From Candidatus Freyarchaeum deiterrae (GTDB lineage: Archaea > Asgardarchaeota > Jordiarchaeia > Jordiarchaeales > Jordiarchaeaceae): a DNA stretch of 64,000 nucleotides. The notes under the pieces are model-generated. The model was not told where the DNA came from, did not search any database, and worked only from the letters and a program-made list of their open reading frames with translations. This document shows, piece by piece, positions 38,486 through 48,026 of the stretch (positions are counted from its first letter, which is position 1; every line of letters starts with the position of its first letter). The position numbers and the translations under genes were made by a program. The stretch lies in the NCBI GenBank assembly GCA_037305845.1, contig CP147778.1:672001-736000 (forward strand), written 5' to 3'.

Positions 38486-38564
38486 TTTTCGAATCACCTA
38501 TTATTGTTGTTTTGCGTGACTTGTTTTGCTTTTGTAAGTTTCAAATTTATTTTCTTTGGATTGT

Positions 38565-41500
38565 TTAAAAGGTTTCCGCTATTTGTTTTTGAAGTGAGGG
38601 TTTCAAGTGCTCCCATTTTTCTATTATAGTCTTTTGTAGTGCAGGAGTTAAGGTCCATAAAATTACATTTCTATTGGGATAGAGTCTTATTTCTCCTCTT
38701 ATTCTTGAAGACATCCCCTTCACCTTGACGGTTTTTCCCTCTATCAGGATTTCAATTTCCTCCTCCGAATATTGCTTTTGAAGCTTGAAAATTTCATCTG
38801 GCGGATTTACGAATCTCTCTAGTTTCTTGGGTAGTTTCTTGACAGGTATTATGTGGCATATTTCGCTGTGAACTATTCTCTTAGTTCCGATTTTTTTTAG
38901 GGTTTCAACTTCTTCTTCGTTTAGGTTTATTGGCTTAACAGGGATTGACCTCCATACGGTCGCACGGTTCATGTACATCAGTTCCTTGAATCCTGGGAAT
39001 CCTCCAAGAATTTTGTGTAACTTTTCGGTATATTCTACAGTCGGAACGAGCTCCTTTAATATAGCTATGTGGTCAGAATAAAGGTTAATTCCATGTGCTT
39101 TCATTTGTAAGTCATTATCTTCAGGATGTATGCCGTTGTCTTCTAACAGTTTTGACATTATCTTTTTCTCATGTTTTAGGACTTTGATTTCTTTGTTCTC
39201 TACTTTGGTTTGTATTTCCTTGTAATCTTTGAGTTTTCCTATTGCTATGTATTTTCCGAGGGTTTCTCCTTTTATTCCTTTTATGGTTGTTCCTTTTATT
39301 TGATTATTTAGTGTGTTTCTGTGTTCTTCTAGTTCTGGTGCTCTTGCTGTGAGCATTATTGATAATTGTGAATGTTGTTTAATGCTCCCTTCGTCTGCTA
39401 TCATTGCTTTTGTAGCTGCTTTTCGTTCTTGCGGACTTTCTATGATGGATTCCGGAAATTCTTGGTTTAGCACTGTTTTTTCTCCGGGTATCAATCCTAT
39501 TCCAAGGAAGCTGATTGCAGGTAGGTTGCTATTGATATAAAGGTAATTGAAGCCGCTTTCTTTTTTCCCGATGGAAGGCGTTATTCCAAAAACATTTTTC
39601 ATCTTTTTTTCCATTGACTCCATGAAATCGGGTCTCATGTTAAAGTATGCTATTTCATATCCTCTTCTTTTCTCGCGGAATGTTCCATCTCCGAAAACAG
39701 TGGACATTACCACGTAGGCTGCATCTTCGCCTTTCATTTCTATAGTTAGGTTGGGCTTGTTTTTCTTCTCCATTGGTCCGACTTTTTCTACGTATTCCGT
39801 GAGATCTGCAAGCTTATCGGCTGCTCCTGAGTACATTGTGAGGGTTAGTAAGTTTATCAGAAGGAGTGAGTCATTTTTCTTGTTTCTTTCCAATCGATTT
39901 AGTGTATGAGATGACATATCAAGGATTTTTTCCGCCTTACCACGGGTTCCTGCTTTTTTGATGCTTTTTTCTGTTATGTAGGTGAGTAGGTCTTTTCCTT
40001 CTTTGAACTCTTTTGTCCTATCCACGGTAACGCGTGTGTTTGGCAGGCTGAAGAACCAAGCGGTTGTGTTGGGGCGGAATGTTTCCCCTGTTTGTTTTAC
40101 TTCTCGGGTTATACTTCCGTCTTTTCCTTTTCTATAGATGAATGTTAGTAGTGTTCTTTTTCCCTCTTTTGGCTCGCTGATTTCTACTTTTTCAATTATG
40201 GCGTCGGTTCCGTCTTTTTCTTTTATTATCTCTCTTTTATAATCTTTGAATCTTAATTTTGTACGGTCGTGGAGGCTGTCGTTTATCTTGATGCCTAGTG
40301 TTTCTTCGATTTTCTCAAGAACGCCTATAGAAATTTTCCTTTCGTCTGAAATGTAATGCTTGACATCTGTGATACTTGTTTTAACGTCTTTGGCTAGTTC
40401 GGAAGTGTAGTTGAAACCGTATTTTTTCCAAGCCTCTTGACGTATTCTGCGTATATCTTTTCGGGGAAGAGAAACTTTTTCCTCTTTTGACATGTTGTTC
40501 TGGTCAAGTTCTCTTATTTCTGATGGCTCTTTTCCGAGGAATGCACATATTTCAATTAGGGCTACTGTGTCGACGTATTTCTTGTTTGGGATTTCCATTA
40601 TCTCTGCTCCCCTTGAGATTGCAGCTCCCGCTTCTACTAGAATAGCAGCGAACTTCTCAGGGCTGATTTCTTCACTTTTTAATTTGTTTAGTAGTTCTTC
40701 ATGAAGTTTTTTTAGGTCGTCGAGTTGAATGCGTACTGCTACATCAGAACGACTGTACCATTCTCCGGTGGCTATGTCTACAGTTGGGCTTCGCCATTGG
40801 GTGACTATATTCTGGTCTGCTTCAATTTCTAGCGTGTGGCAAATCTTAAGATATATGTCTACTGGTACTTTCTTGCCTGTTCTGAGGTAGCTTTCCAATT
40901 TTTCGCTTTCCAAGTTTTTAGATGCGCCCTTCTTCTCAAGTTCTTCGTACAGCTTTTCGGTTGTTCCTAGAGTTTCGGTTTTATAGAGTTTCTCGTTTAT
41001 TTTTTCTAGCTGTTTCTCGGGAATGTTGATCAGTTCGTGTAATTCGAGAGGTTCAAGCACAGATAATCCTTCAGGAGTTTTAGTGTACTCGGCACCAAGA
41101 AGCTGCAGAAGTTCCTCTGTTTTTCTTAGCTCTAAAGTGTAGGGGTCTGAAACTGTTTTCGTTTCTGTGGTTGGTGTTGTTTCCCTGTATGGCTTTTTGA
41201 GGTATCTTGCTATGGTTTCCAAACAGGTGGCGTCTATGTATTCTTCCTCGTGGAATTGTTGTAGGGTTTCATTGCAGGCTTGCAGTACATCGTTATTTCC
41301 CTCTAATCTACTCTTGTTCCTTGCTTCAATCACCTTGCTTAGAACATCTCTTGAAGGGAGGGAAAAACTGAATACTTCGCCTTGAATGAGAACCGTTGAT
41401 TTCTCGTACCTGAGAGTTTCTAGCCATCTCTCTTCTTTCTCAGGTGTTTCAAGAGTGGCTTCTGTGTTTAGTTCTCTTGGATATTCTCTTTGAGAAATCC

Positions 41501-42338
41501 GTTTTTCTTCTACTTTAGGCGTGAGCTCCTCGTCACGCTCCGCCGCCTTCTCGCCGAACGGTTCGCTTCCCTTATGTTTTTTACTTCCTTCTGAATTTCT
41601 ATCTTTTGCTTTCCGCTCCAATAACTTGTTCAACTGCTTCCGAGTATCGCTCCCCTCTTCTCTTCCTTCTCCCTCATGTGAAAACTCCTTCTGCTTATCC
41701 CCTTTCTCACTCTGAGCATTCTTTATTTCTTCATCAGTTTTTCGAACTTTTCTCTCCTCTGCTTCTCCCGGTTCTCTCTTCTCATGTTTTCTGGTCTCTT
41801 CAGACTCTTTTTCGGTTTCTGTTTCTCGGCTTCTGCCGCATTCTTTTTTGGTTTTATCCTTCGGAGCATCTCCTAAGTTTTCTGTTTTCTTGCTAATTTC
41901 CCCTTCAGTCCCTGACTCTTTATGCTTCTCTTCTCTACGTTGCTCTTCTTCGCGTTGCTCTCTCTTGACGCTGGTCTCCTTGAATTTGGATTCCTGATTT
42001 AATATTTCATTCTCTCTCAGATCTCGAGATTCCTCTGTGATGGATGATTTCTCACCGGTATCCTGATTCTCATTTTTTTCTAAGGCTCTTTGGATAATGG
42101 CTCTATACTTTTCATTTACCTCTCTTATGTCCTCCCTAAGCAGATTCTTTAGTTTCTCTAGTTCCTCATGCCTCTTAAACAGCTCCCTCCACCTTTCACG
42201 CTCCCGACTCTCATCGTATTCGTTTTCATCGTGCTCATCGAATTCGTCTTCTTCGTCGAACTCATCTTCTTCATCTTCTTCGTCGGATTCATCATTTTCC
42301 CTTTCGTTAAACTCCACACAAACCCTCCTAGTAATCAA
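38565..42338 (-). CDS. 1257-aa protein: acidic/low-complexity N-terminus, repeated HTH-like units, C-terminal LAGLIDADG-like pair
   Basis: Uninterrupted 3.8-kb ORF; AAYVVMSTVFGDGT...IAYFN...MKNVFG and AATKAMIADEGSI. Confidence 0.7.
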   Translation of the reverse strand: MITRRVCVEFNERENDESDEEDEEDEFDEEDEFDEHDENEYDESRERERWRELFKRHEELEKLKNLLREDIREVNEKYRAIIQRALEKNENQDTGEKSSITEESRDLRENEILNQESKFKETSVKREQREEEQRREEKHKESGTEGEISKKTENLGDAPKDKTKKECGRSRETETEKESEETRKHEKREPGEAEERKVRKTDEEIKNAQSEKGDKQKEFSHEGEGREEGSDTRKQLNKLLERKAKDRNSEGSKKHKGSEPFGEKAAERDEELTPKVEEKRISQREYPRELNTEATLETPEKEERWLETLRYEKSTVLIQGEVFSFSLPSRDVLSKVIEARNKSRLEGNNDVLQACNETLQQFHEEEYIDATCLETIARYLKKPYRETTPTTETKTVSDPYTLELRKTEELLQLLGAEYTKTPEGLSVLEPLELHELINIPEKQLEKINEKLYKTETLGTTEKLYEELEKKGASKNLESEKLESYLRTGKKVPVDIYLKICHTLEIEADQNIVTQWRSPTVDIATGEWYSRSDVAVRIQLDDLKKLHEELLNKLKSEEISPEKFAAILVEAGAAISRGAEIMEIPNKKYVDTVALIEICAFLGKEPSEIRELDQNNMSKEEKVSLPRKDIRRIRQEAWKKYGFNYTSELAKDVKTSITDVKHYISDERKISIGVLEKIEETLGIKINDSLHDRTKLRFKDYKREIIKEKDGTDAIIEKVEISEPKEGKRTLLTFIYRKGKDGSITREVKQTGETFRPNTTAWFFSLPNTRVTVDRTKEFKEGKDLLTYITEKSIKKAGTRGKAEKILDMSSHTLNRLERNKKNDSLLLINLLTLTMYSGAADKLADLTEYVEKVGPMEKKNKPNLTIEMKGEDAAYVVMSTVFGDGTFREKRRGYEIAYFNMRPDFMESMEKKMKNVFGITPSIGKKESGFNYLYINSNLPAISFLGIGLIPGEKTVLNQEFPESIIESPQERKAATKAMIADEGSIKQHSQLSIMLTARAPELEEHRNTLNNQIKGTTIKGIKGETLGKYIAIGKLKDYKEIQTKVENKEIKVLKHEKKIMSKLLEDNGIHPEDNDLQMKAHGINLYSDHIAILKELVPTVEYTEKLHKILGGFPGFKELMYMNRATVWRSIPVKPINLNEEEVETLKKIGTKRIVHSEICHIIPVKKLPKKLERFVNPPDEIFKLQKQYSEEEIEILIEGKTVKVKGMSSRIRGEIRLYPNRNVILWTLTPALQKTIIEKWEHLKPSLQKQIAETF

Positions 42339-42602
42339 GTACCGCTCTAACAGCTCATCCTATACCATGTTCTTTGTTGGAGACAATCACTAACACCCTC
42401 TTCCTGCTCCTAACCACCAAAGCGTTGTAGTGTAATATAGTTGCGAAGAGCTGAGGGCCCTATTTATTTCTTGAAGAGAGTATTTTAATTCCACGAAAAG
42501 TAAAAGAAACTAACTCTTTTTAGAAGATTAGCAAAAGAGATAAAATCATACCAAAAGAAAAGAAATTTAATAAATTAAGAATCGGATATCATATATTTAT
42601 TA

Positions 42603-43205
42603 TTGAGGTTTTCAATGAAAAAGAACGAATCGTTAACAGATTATTTTTTGTCCAAGGTTGCTGTCATAGGTCCTATCAGTCTAATGGGGATTGTAATCAA
42701 CTCTAATAGTACTGACCTATCTATTTTTCACGGTTTGGGTAGATGTGATCTAAAGCGGATAGAAAATTCTAACGATTTAAATGAACTATCAAAATATTAT
42801 ATGGTATGGCATACACAAAATGGAGTTGAACCAACAAATTGGTGGGTTTCTGGATCGGCTAATTGGTTATTCAGTGAATACGTTACGGGTTACATTAGTG
42901 GTTCTATTATTAATCGTGATATAAACTCCATCTTTGAGTCATTCAAGAGGGGATTAACCGCAAATGTAGAAATTCTTGTAGCATTGGATGAAACTATAAA
43001 TAAGGGAATTATCGTTGATGGGACGAAACGTGCCGTAGCGCTTTGTCGTATCAAAAACGAAGATGAAAGCGCTTTGGATTTTTTGTTCAATTCTGTCTAT
43101 CAGATTAACATATTGAAGTTTAGTTCTAAATATTGTAAGATTCTTTTTCCTTGTGACTTTTTAAGGTTAAGTGTTGAAATGAATGAGACAAGTGAATCTC
43201 TCTAA
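42603..43205 (+). CDS. Hypothetical protein with ParB/Srx-like motif
   Basis: EILVALD....GIIVDGTKRAVAL resembles the ParBc hhDGxHR motif; probable start ATG 42615. Confidence 0.55.
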   Translation: MRFSMKKNESLTDYFLSKVAVIGPISLMGIVINSNSTDLSIFHGLGRCDLKRIENSNDLNELSKYYMVWHTQNGVEPTNWWVSGSANWLFSEYVTGYISGSIINRDINSIFESFKRGLTANVEILVALDETINKGIIVDGTKRAVALCRIKNEDESALDFLFNSVYQINILKFSSKYCKILFPCDFLRLSVEMNETSESL

Positions 43206-43530
43206 CTACCTCTGGTTAACTTCCTTAGCTCCATTATAAAGCCTAAATGGGGATAGTAATTTACTATTATAGAGAAAAAGCCCCAAAATTTTTCGTCTGT
43301 ACAATAAAGATTTCAAAACAATAACATAAAAACAGTAGAAATATGCCCCAACAATTCGTTTTTTTGGGATTTCTAATACTCCTAGATTGGCTTTGTATAT
43401 ACACTTATAAATGGGAGAACCTTTTACACAGAATGGTACTATGTCATTCTAAGCGAAGTCAAGAAAGATGAATTTGAGACCAAGAGCTAAGCAATGTGGA
43501 ATGCTCTCCTGAAAAAACTCCAAAAGTCCA

Positions 43531-44025
43531 TTATCTTTTTATTGGGATTGTTCTTGAGAAAGGTGCTTCTCTATCTGGGAACAATGTGAGGTTATATTCT
43601 TTCTCGTAGAAATCCAAAAATAACCCAAAATCATACATGTATGAGCCATGCCGTTTCCGGGTCATTAGTTCTAGTTTCTTCTTATCATAGATATCTGATG
43701 TTGATTTTTTTCTCCTTACTTTCAGTTCAATAACCGCGAGATTATCGCTGTCCAAGCCTCGCTGGTGTATTACTATGTCTGGATAAATCCGGTCAGTATT
43801 TCGTCTTCCACCATATTTGCTTATGCCTGGCAATATCTTGATCTCGCTGCCATGGCGGTTATATTCGCAGTCAACATTATAATCCTCGAACAATGGCTCA
43901 AGATACAATGCGACCCGATGCCCAAGTGTCCTTTCGCCTACTTTCAACTCTATTAGCTTGAAATCCTTTTTATAAAAAGTATTTACTGCCGACTTAATTT
44001 TTATCAAAAATGTCTCCTTGTCCAT
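43531..44025 (-). CDS. PD-(D/E)XK-superfamily nuclease
   Basis: ERTLGHR...VDCEYNR...IYPDIVIH.RG...NLAVIELK. Confidence 0.75.
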   Translation of the reverse strand: MDKETFLIKIKSAVNTFYKKDFKLIELKVGERTLGHRVALYLEPLFEDYNVDCEYNRHGSEIKILPGISKYGGRRNTDRIYPDIVIHQRGLDSDNLAVIELKVRRKKSTSDIYDKKKLELMTRKRHGSYMYDFGLFLDFYEKEYNLTLFPDREAPFSRTIPIKR

Positions 44026-44241
44026 ATTCTCACGCTTTAATTATCAAAATCAACTGATATAAGCATGACTGCACATATCTCAAAAAGGACGGAAATAAAT
44101 TATAATTAATCTATGATTTAAACAAAAAACAACATCAAAAATACCAATACTATGTTAGGATCATCTACACCTCCTCGTCCCCTTCAAGTGTGAAAAAACA
44201 TGAAGCGAAAGTCATTTCTACAACTTTTTAATTAGTTTATT

Positions 44242-45219
44242 TCAAGTCTTTGACCAGATTTTACAATTTCCAACCCTTGCTGTATCCACTATGATATTCC
44301 AAGACAAATCTACAAGGTATCTGTAATCCGGTTTATAGCTCGCCTTTCTAGAGATTACTATCACTTCGGTGGACATGTTATCAAAAGCGTATCCATAAAA
44401 CCCGCCATGATGAGAAGCTTCAACAAGAAAGTAAAGCTCATTGCCAAAATTCAAATAGTTATTCAAAATTGTTTTATCAACGTCTCCAGTAAAAAGAAAA
44501 TTAGTGTGGTCATCTCTTATAACAAGAGACGCTCTGTTTGCAAGGTTTTTAAATTTCATTTCTATTTCAACTAAATATTCTTGTACTTTTGGTTTTACAT
44601 CTTTATCTTTTGATATTTCTTCGAGGGAAGCATCAGATTCTTTGGATTCTCTACCGAAAGCCACGCTTAAATAAGCATACAATTTATCAAACTCTTCTAA
44701 TTGTTTCTCACTTAGTTTCTTTTTTATTTCATCTATTTTATTGAGAAATGTCTCAACACTTCTTCTATTAATTTTGTCAATGATACTATAATCTGGCCAC
44801 AGAACCTCCCAACTCCTGCCTACAGCATTAAAAGAATCACCTTTCTCCTTTGGTTTAATATTCTTCCCTCTAGTAAGAATCATCGGTATTAAGTAGTATT
44901 CTTGATACCCTGATAGCGTTGCTAGCGCCAAAAATTCAAGTATTGCATCAGCAGTAGAGCTTCCTGAAGGCAAACTAGGTAGGTAAATATTATCGAAGAA
45001 ATTTTCAGGTAGAGTCCCTAACAAATTGTAATGATCAAAATGATAATGTGTTATTGCCAAATCTCGACTTTTTGACTTCTCTATCTCGCACTTGATGATA
45101 TTAGTAAAATTGTTTACCTTATTATTTTCAGACCCGCAATCCAATATAAAAGGGGATGTTTCTTCATCAAAAATGCCTACACAATTTCCGTGGCCCATAT
45201 CGAGAACGATTATTTCCAT
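44242..45219 (-). CDS. Metallo-beta-lactamase-fold hydrolase (ComEC/Rec2-like)
   Basis: LDMGHGNC, ILDCG, THYHFDHY (HxHxDH), LFTGD, SHHG. Confidence 0.85.
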   Translation of the reverse strand: MEIIVLDMGHGNCVGIFDEETSPFILDCGSENNKVNNFTNIIKCEIEKSKSRDLAITHYHFDHYNLLGTLPENFFDNIYLPSLPSGSSTADAILEFLALATLSGYQEYYLIPMILTRGKNIKPKEKGDSFNAVGRSWEVLWPDYSIIDKINRRSVETFLNKIDEIKKKLSEKQLEEFDKLYAYLSVAFGRESKESDASLEEISKDKDVKPKVQEYLVEIEMKFKNLANRASLVIRDDHTNFLFTGDVDKTILNNYLNFGNELYFLVEASHHGGFYGYAFDNMSTEVIVISRKASYKPDYRYLVDLSWNIIVDTARVGNCKIWSKT

Positions 45220-45452
45220 AAATTTTAAACTGCTAATTTATTTAATTAATTTTAGCGCCTGTTTTCTATTCCAGTAGGAGGCAAAAAACAAAAAGTGAGA
45301 GCAAGAATTTAACCTCACTTTCTTTTTCTGCTTGAAACCATTTTAGGTTTATTCTTTGAAATGTTTAAAAGATTTCCGCTATTTATTTATTGGAAGTAAT
45401 GAGCTTTCATTTTTGTTGTTGGATTTTAAATTATTGGTCATTATTGCATTTT

Positions 45453-47387
45453 TTAAAGAGATTTAGAAACAATTTGATTAACTATTGATTCTAACGTACT
45501 GCTTGATTTCCCTTGTTTCTTAGCTTCTAGAATCATTTGTTGGATAACTTGAGAATTCTTAATTGCATGTTTCTCTTGACCCATTCCAAAATTTTTGCAG
45601 CACTCACCAAGTATATTATTGTATAATTCCTCTCCTATTTCCTCTTTCAAAGTGTCTGTTAGCGTCCTTTTGAAACAGGCAAATTCGTCTGTTACCTTAG
45701 CAGGCCAGTCCTCTATTTCCTGATTAAACAGTCTTAACAATAGACGATTTTCTTGTGGTTTGGCATCTTTGCCCTCATAATCGCTATCCCAGATTGCATA
45801 AATAGGAATTTGCAAAAGTCTAAAGATAGCGATTGGTCTATCAAGACAGGTTTTGCCATTGCAAGGTATGACGGAAATACCCTTACTTTCTAATTCAATC
45901 CCCATAGCAGTAGCTGTTCCGATTATTGCAGCTCTATCTTCTTCTCCTTCGACCAGAACTATAAAATCTGAAAAGAATCCTTCGTTCAGCCAGGGTGTCA
46001 TAATCGTTCTGAGACGCGGTCTTAGAGTTTTTCCAGTATACGTTCCTTCAGGTTTATCACAAGCGTTTTCAATAATTTTTGCAACTTCATCAAGATTGGT
46101 ATAAAAAATTTTTGTTTGTTTGGGTAAACCCTTTTCTATTTTCTCTTTTCTGAGTACTCTAACCTTTTCGAAGTTCTCTAAATTTACCAATAATGGGGAA
46201 TGTGTGCTATAAATTACTTGAGTTCTCTTTACTAAATCATGAATACCTTCTTCCGCTAATTTCATAAAAACTTTAGACAAATGGCGTTGTCTATTAGGGT
46301 GCTGATATAATTCAGGCTCTTCAATACCGATGATAAGATTCGGTGTCCCAGGCAATAATTCATTCTCCGATTCTACTTTGGTTGGCGATTTTATTATAGA
46401 GAGATATTGTAACATGGTTAAAATTGTAGCCCTTTGTAGGCCGTGGCCGGTGTGACCTACTGGTGAAGGATAGTCATCTTCTACGAGCATGAGGTTAGTT
46501 ACGGGAGTTTGAATATCAAATCCAAGTGCTTCACCTAAAATCAGGCTGAAACGGTTACCGGGAGCATATAGTTGAAGTATGTTACTAAGACCATTCTCTA
46601 AATTTTGCAATTCTGGTAAATTTGAAGGATTAAAAATTTCTTTGTAGCGTTTTTGAGTATCTTCCTTAAATACTGTTATTTCTTTACGTTGTGATAGCGC
46701 GATTCCCCAAACTAAATTCATAATTTCAGAAAGCGCTGTTCCTCTACCTTCGGTTGTATCTTCAGTTGCATCACGGACAGCTGGGATAAATAGAAACTTA
46801 GTGTATTTTTCAAGATGCGCTTCCCCTACTTCTTTGAAACCGAAAAATTGTCCGTCATCTCTTTGACGGTTACATTGGTCGGGATGAGATTGTTCCCAAT
46901 CACTTAGTGTTCTTTCAGCATTAGATTTATTAGTGTAAGGCGGAAAATTAGGATATTTATTCGTACTAAGCAGTTTATTGTATTCTACTTTAAGGGCGGG
47001 TCCACTGGCTACCCGAAAATTTTGAAACTCGGAATTTTGGAGGCTTGTCCCATAATATTTTTGGCTGCCCTTACCTATTGGCCATTTCAACTCCTTTTCT
47101 ACAGTCAGCTCTTCTCCTTCGATGTATTTTTGGAAGAGTTTCTTTTCTTCGTCCGTTAAACCTGTGAAAGTAACTGTTATCAAAATGTTCTGTGAGGTGT
47201 CTCGTGCATAGAAATCATCTTCGATGTATCTTGCGTTTGGACTATAAAATATCTCAAGCGCCCGTAGAAAAGAGGATTTGCCAGAACCATTGGGTCCGAC
47301 AAGAACAGTCAAATTTTCGCAAAGGAGGTTTTCATTTTTAACAGAACGAAAATTCCTAACTCTAATGGATTTAATAATCATATCCAA
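45453..47387 (-). CDS. OLD-family ATP-dependent nuclease (ABC ATPase plus TOPRIM)
   Basis: NFRS, GPNGSGKS, GHGLQR, IEEPELYQHP, STHSP, LVEGEED, DSD. Confidence 0.9.
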   Translation of the reverse strand: MDMIIKSIRVRNFRSVKNENLLCENLTVLVGPNGSGKSSFLRALEIFYSPNARYIEDDFYARDTSQNILITVTFTGLTDEEKKLFQKYIEGEELTVEKELKWPIGKGSQKYYGTSLQNSEFQNFRVASGPALKVEYNKLLSTNKYPNFPPYTNKSNAERTLSDWEQSHPDQCNRQRDDGQFFGFKEVGEAHLEKYTKFLFIPAVRDATEDTTEGRGTALSEIMNLVWGIALSQRKEITVFKEDTQKRYKEIFNPSNLPELQNLENGLSNILQLYAPGNRFSLILGEALGFDIQTPVTNLMLVEDDYPSPVGHTGHGLQRATILTMLQYLSIIKSPTKVESENELLPGTPNLIIGIEEPELYQHPNRQRHLSKVFMKLAEEGIHDLVKRTQVIYSTHSPLLVNLENFEKVRVLRKEKIEKGLPKQTKIFYTNLDEVAKIIENACDKPEGTYTGKTLRPRLRTIMTPWLNEGFFSDFIVLVEGEEDRAAIIGTATAMGIELESKGISVIPCNGKTCLDRPIAIFRLLQIPIYAIWDSDYEGKDAKPQENRLLLRLFNQEIEDWPAKVTDEFACFKRTLTDTLKEEIGEELYNNILGECCKNFGMGQEKHAIKNSQVIQQMILEAKKQGKSSSTLESIVNQIVSKSL

Positions 47388-48026
47388 ACCCTACCCTCTA
47401 TTATTAACACTAGTATCCTCTTTACATTGAACATTTCGACTCGTCCGGATCTTCGTATCTAATTCTTTGATGATAGAATCGCTAACTCGATATGTCTAAG
47501 AAGCTTCTTAGCTACCTTAATGCAAAAATGGCTTTTGACTGAGTACATTTCTTGTTTCTTCTAAGAACGCTCTTTACTATCATTTCTGTTTCCCTCGCTA
47601 GTATTCTTCAGGCGTATAAAACTTGTTTCTCTTTCTCTACCTATATATTTTTCTTTGATAATTCATTGGATTGTATCTTTTTTCAATTTCAATATGTTAT
47701 TCGCAGCTTTTATTATCTAATTTAACTTTTTTGAATTGTCTTCCTTATAGAATTTCATTTCAGATACTGATTATGTATTTTTTTACTTACCCAAAGAATT
47801 ATCAAAATGTTTGATTCTATTTTAGAAACATGAATCTAATTCTCGCCAGAGATTTATGAAGAAGCATCAGTTTAATTGGATGGATTCATGTTTTATATTT
47901 TGGAGTGTTTCTTCGTTTGTGACTTGAAATGTTTAACTAAATTGGAGAAATTAATCAACATAATTTGGGATATTCGAACAAATCAAAAAGTTGATTCTCC
48001 ATCAAAGGCTGCAGGAAGTCTATTCA

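Noticed and set aside
38565-42338. Intein-containing host protein
   Set aside because: No recognisable extein, N-terminal splice block or HN-C/S/T junction around the LAGLIDADG motifs
47400-48020. Possible gene(s) between OLD and hamB, including 47876..48061
   Set aside because: Multiple stops and no motif; at most an unidentifiable relic
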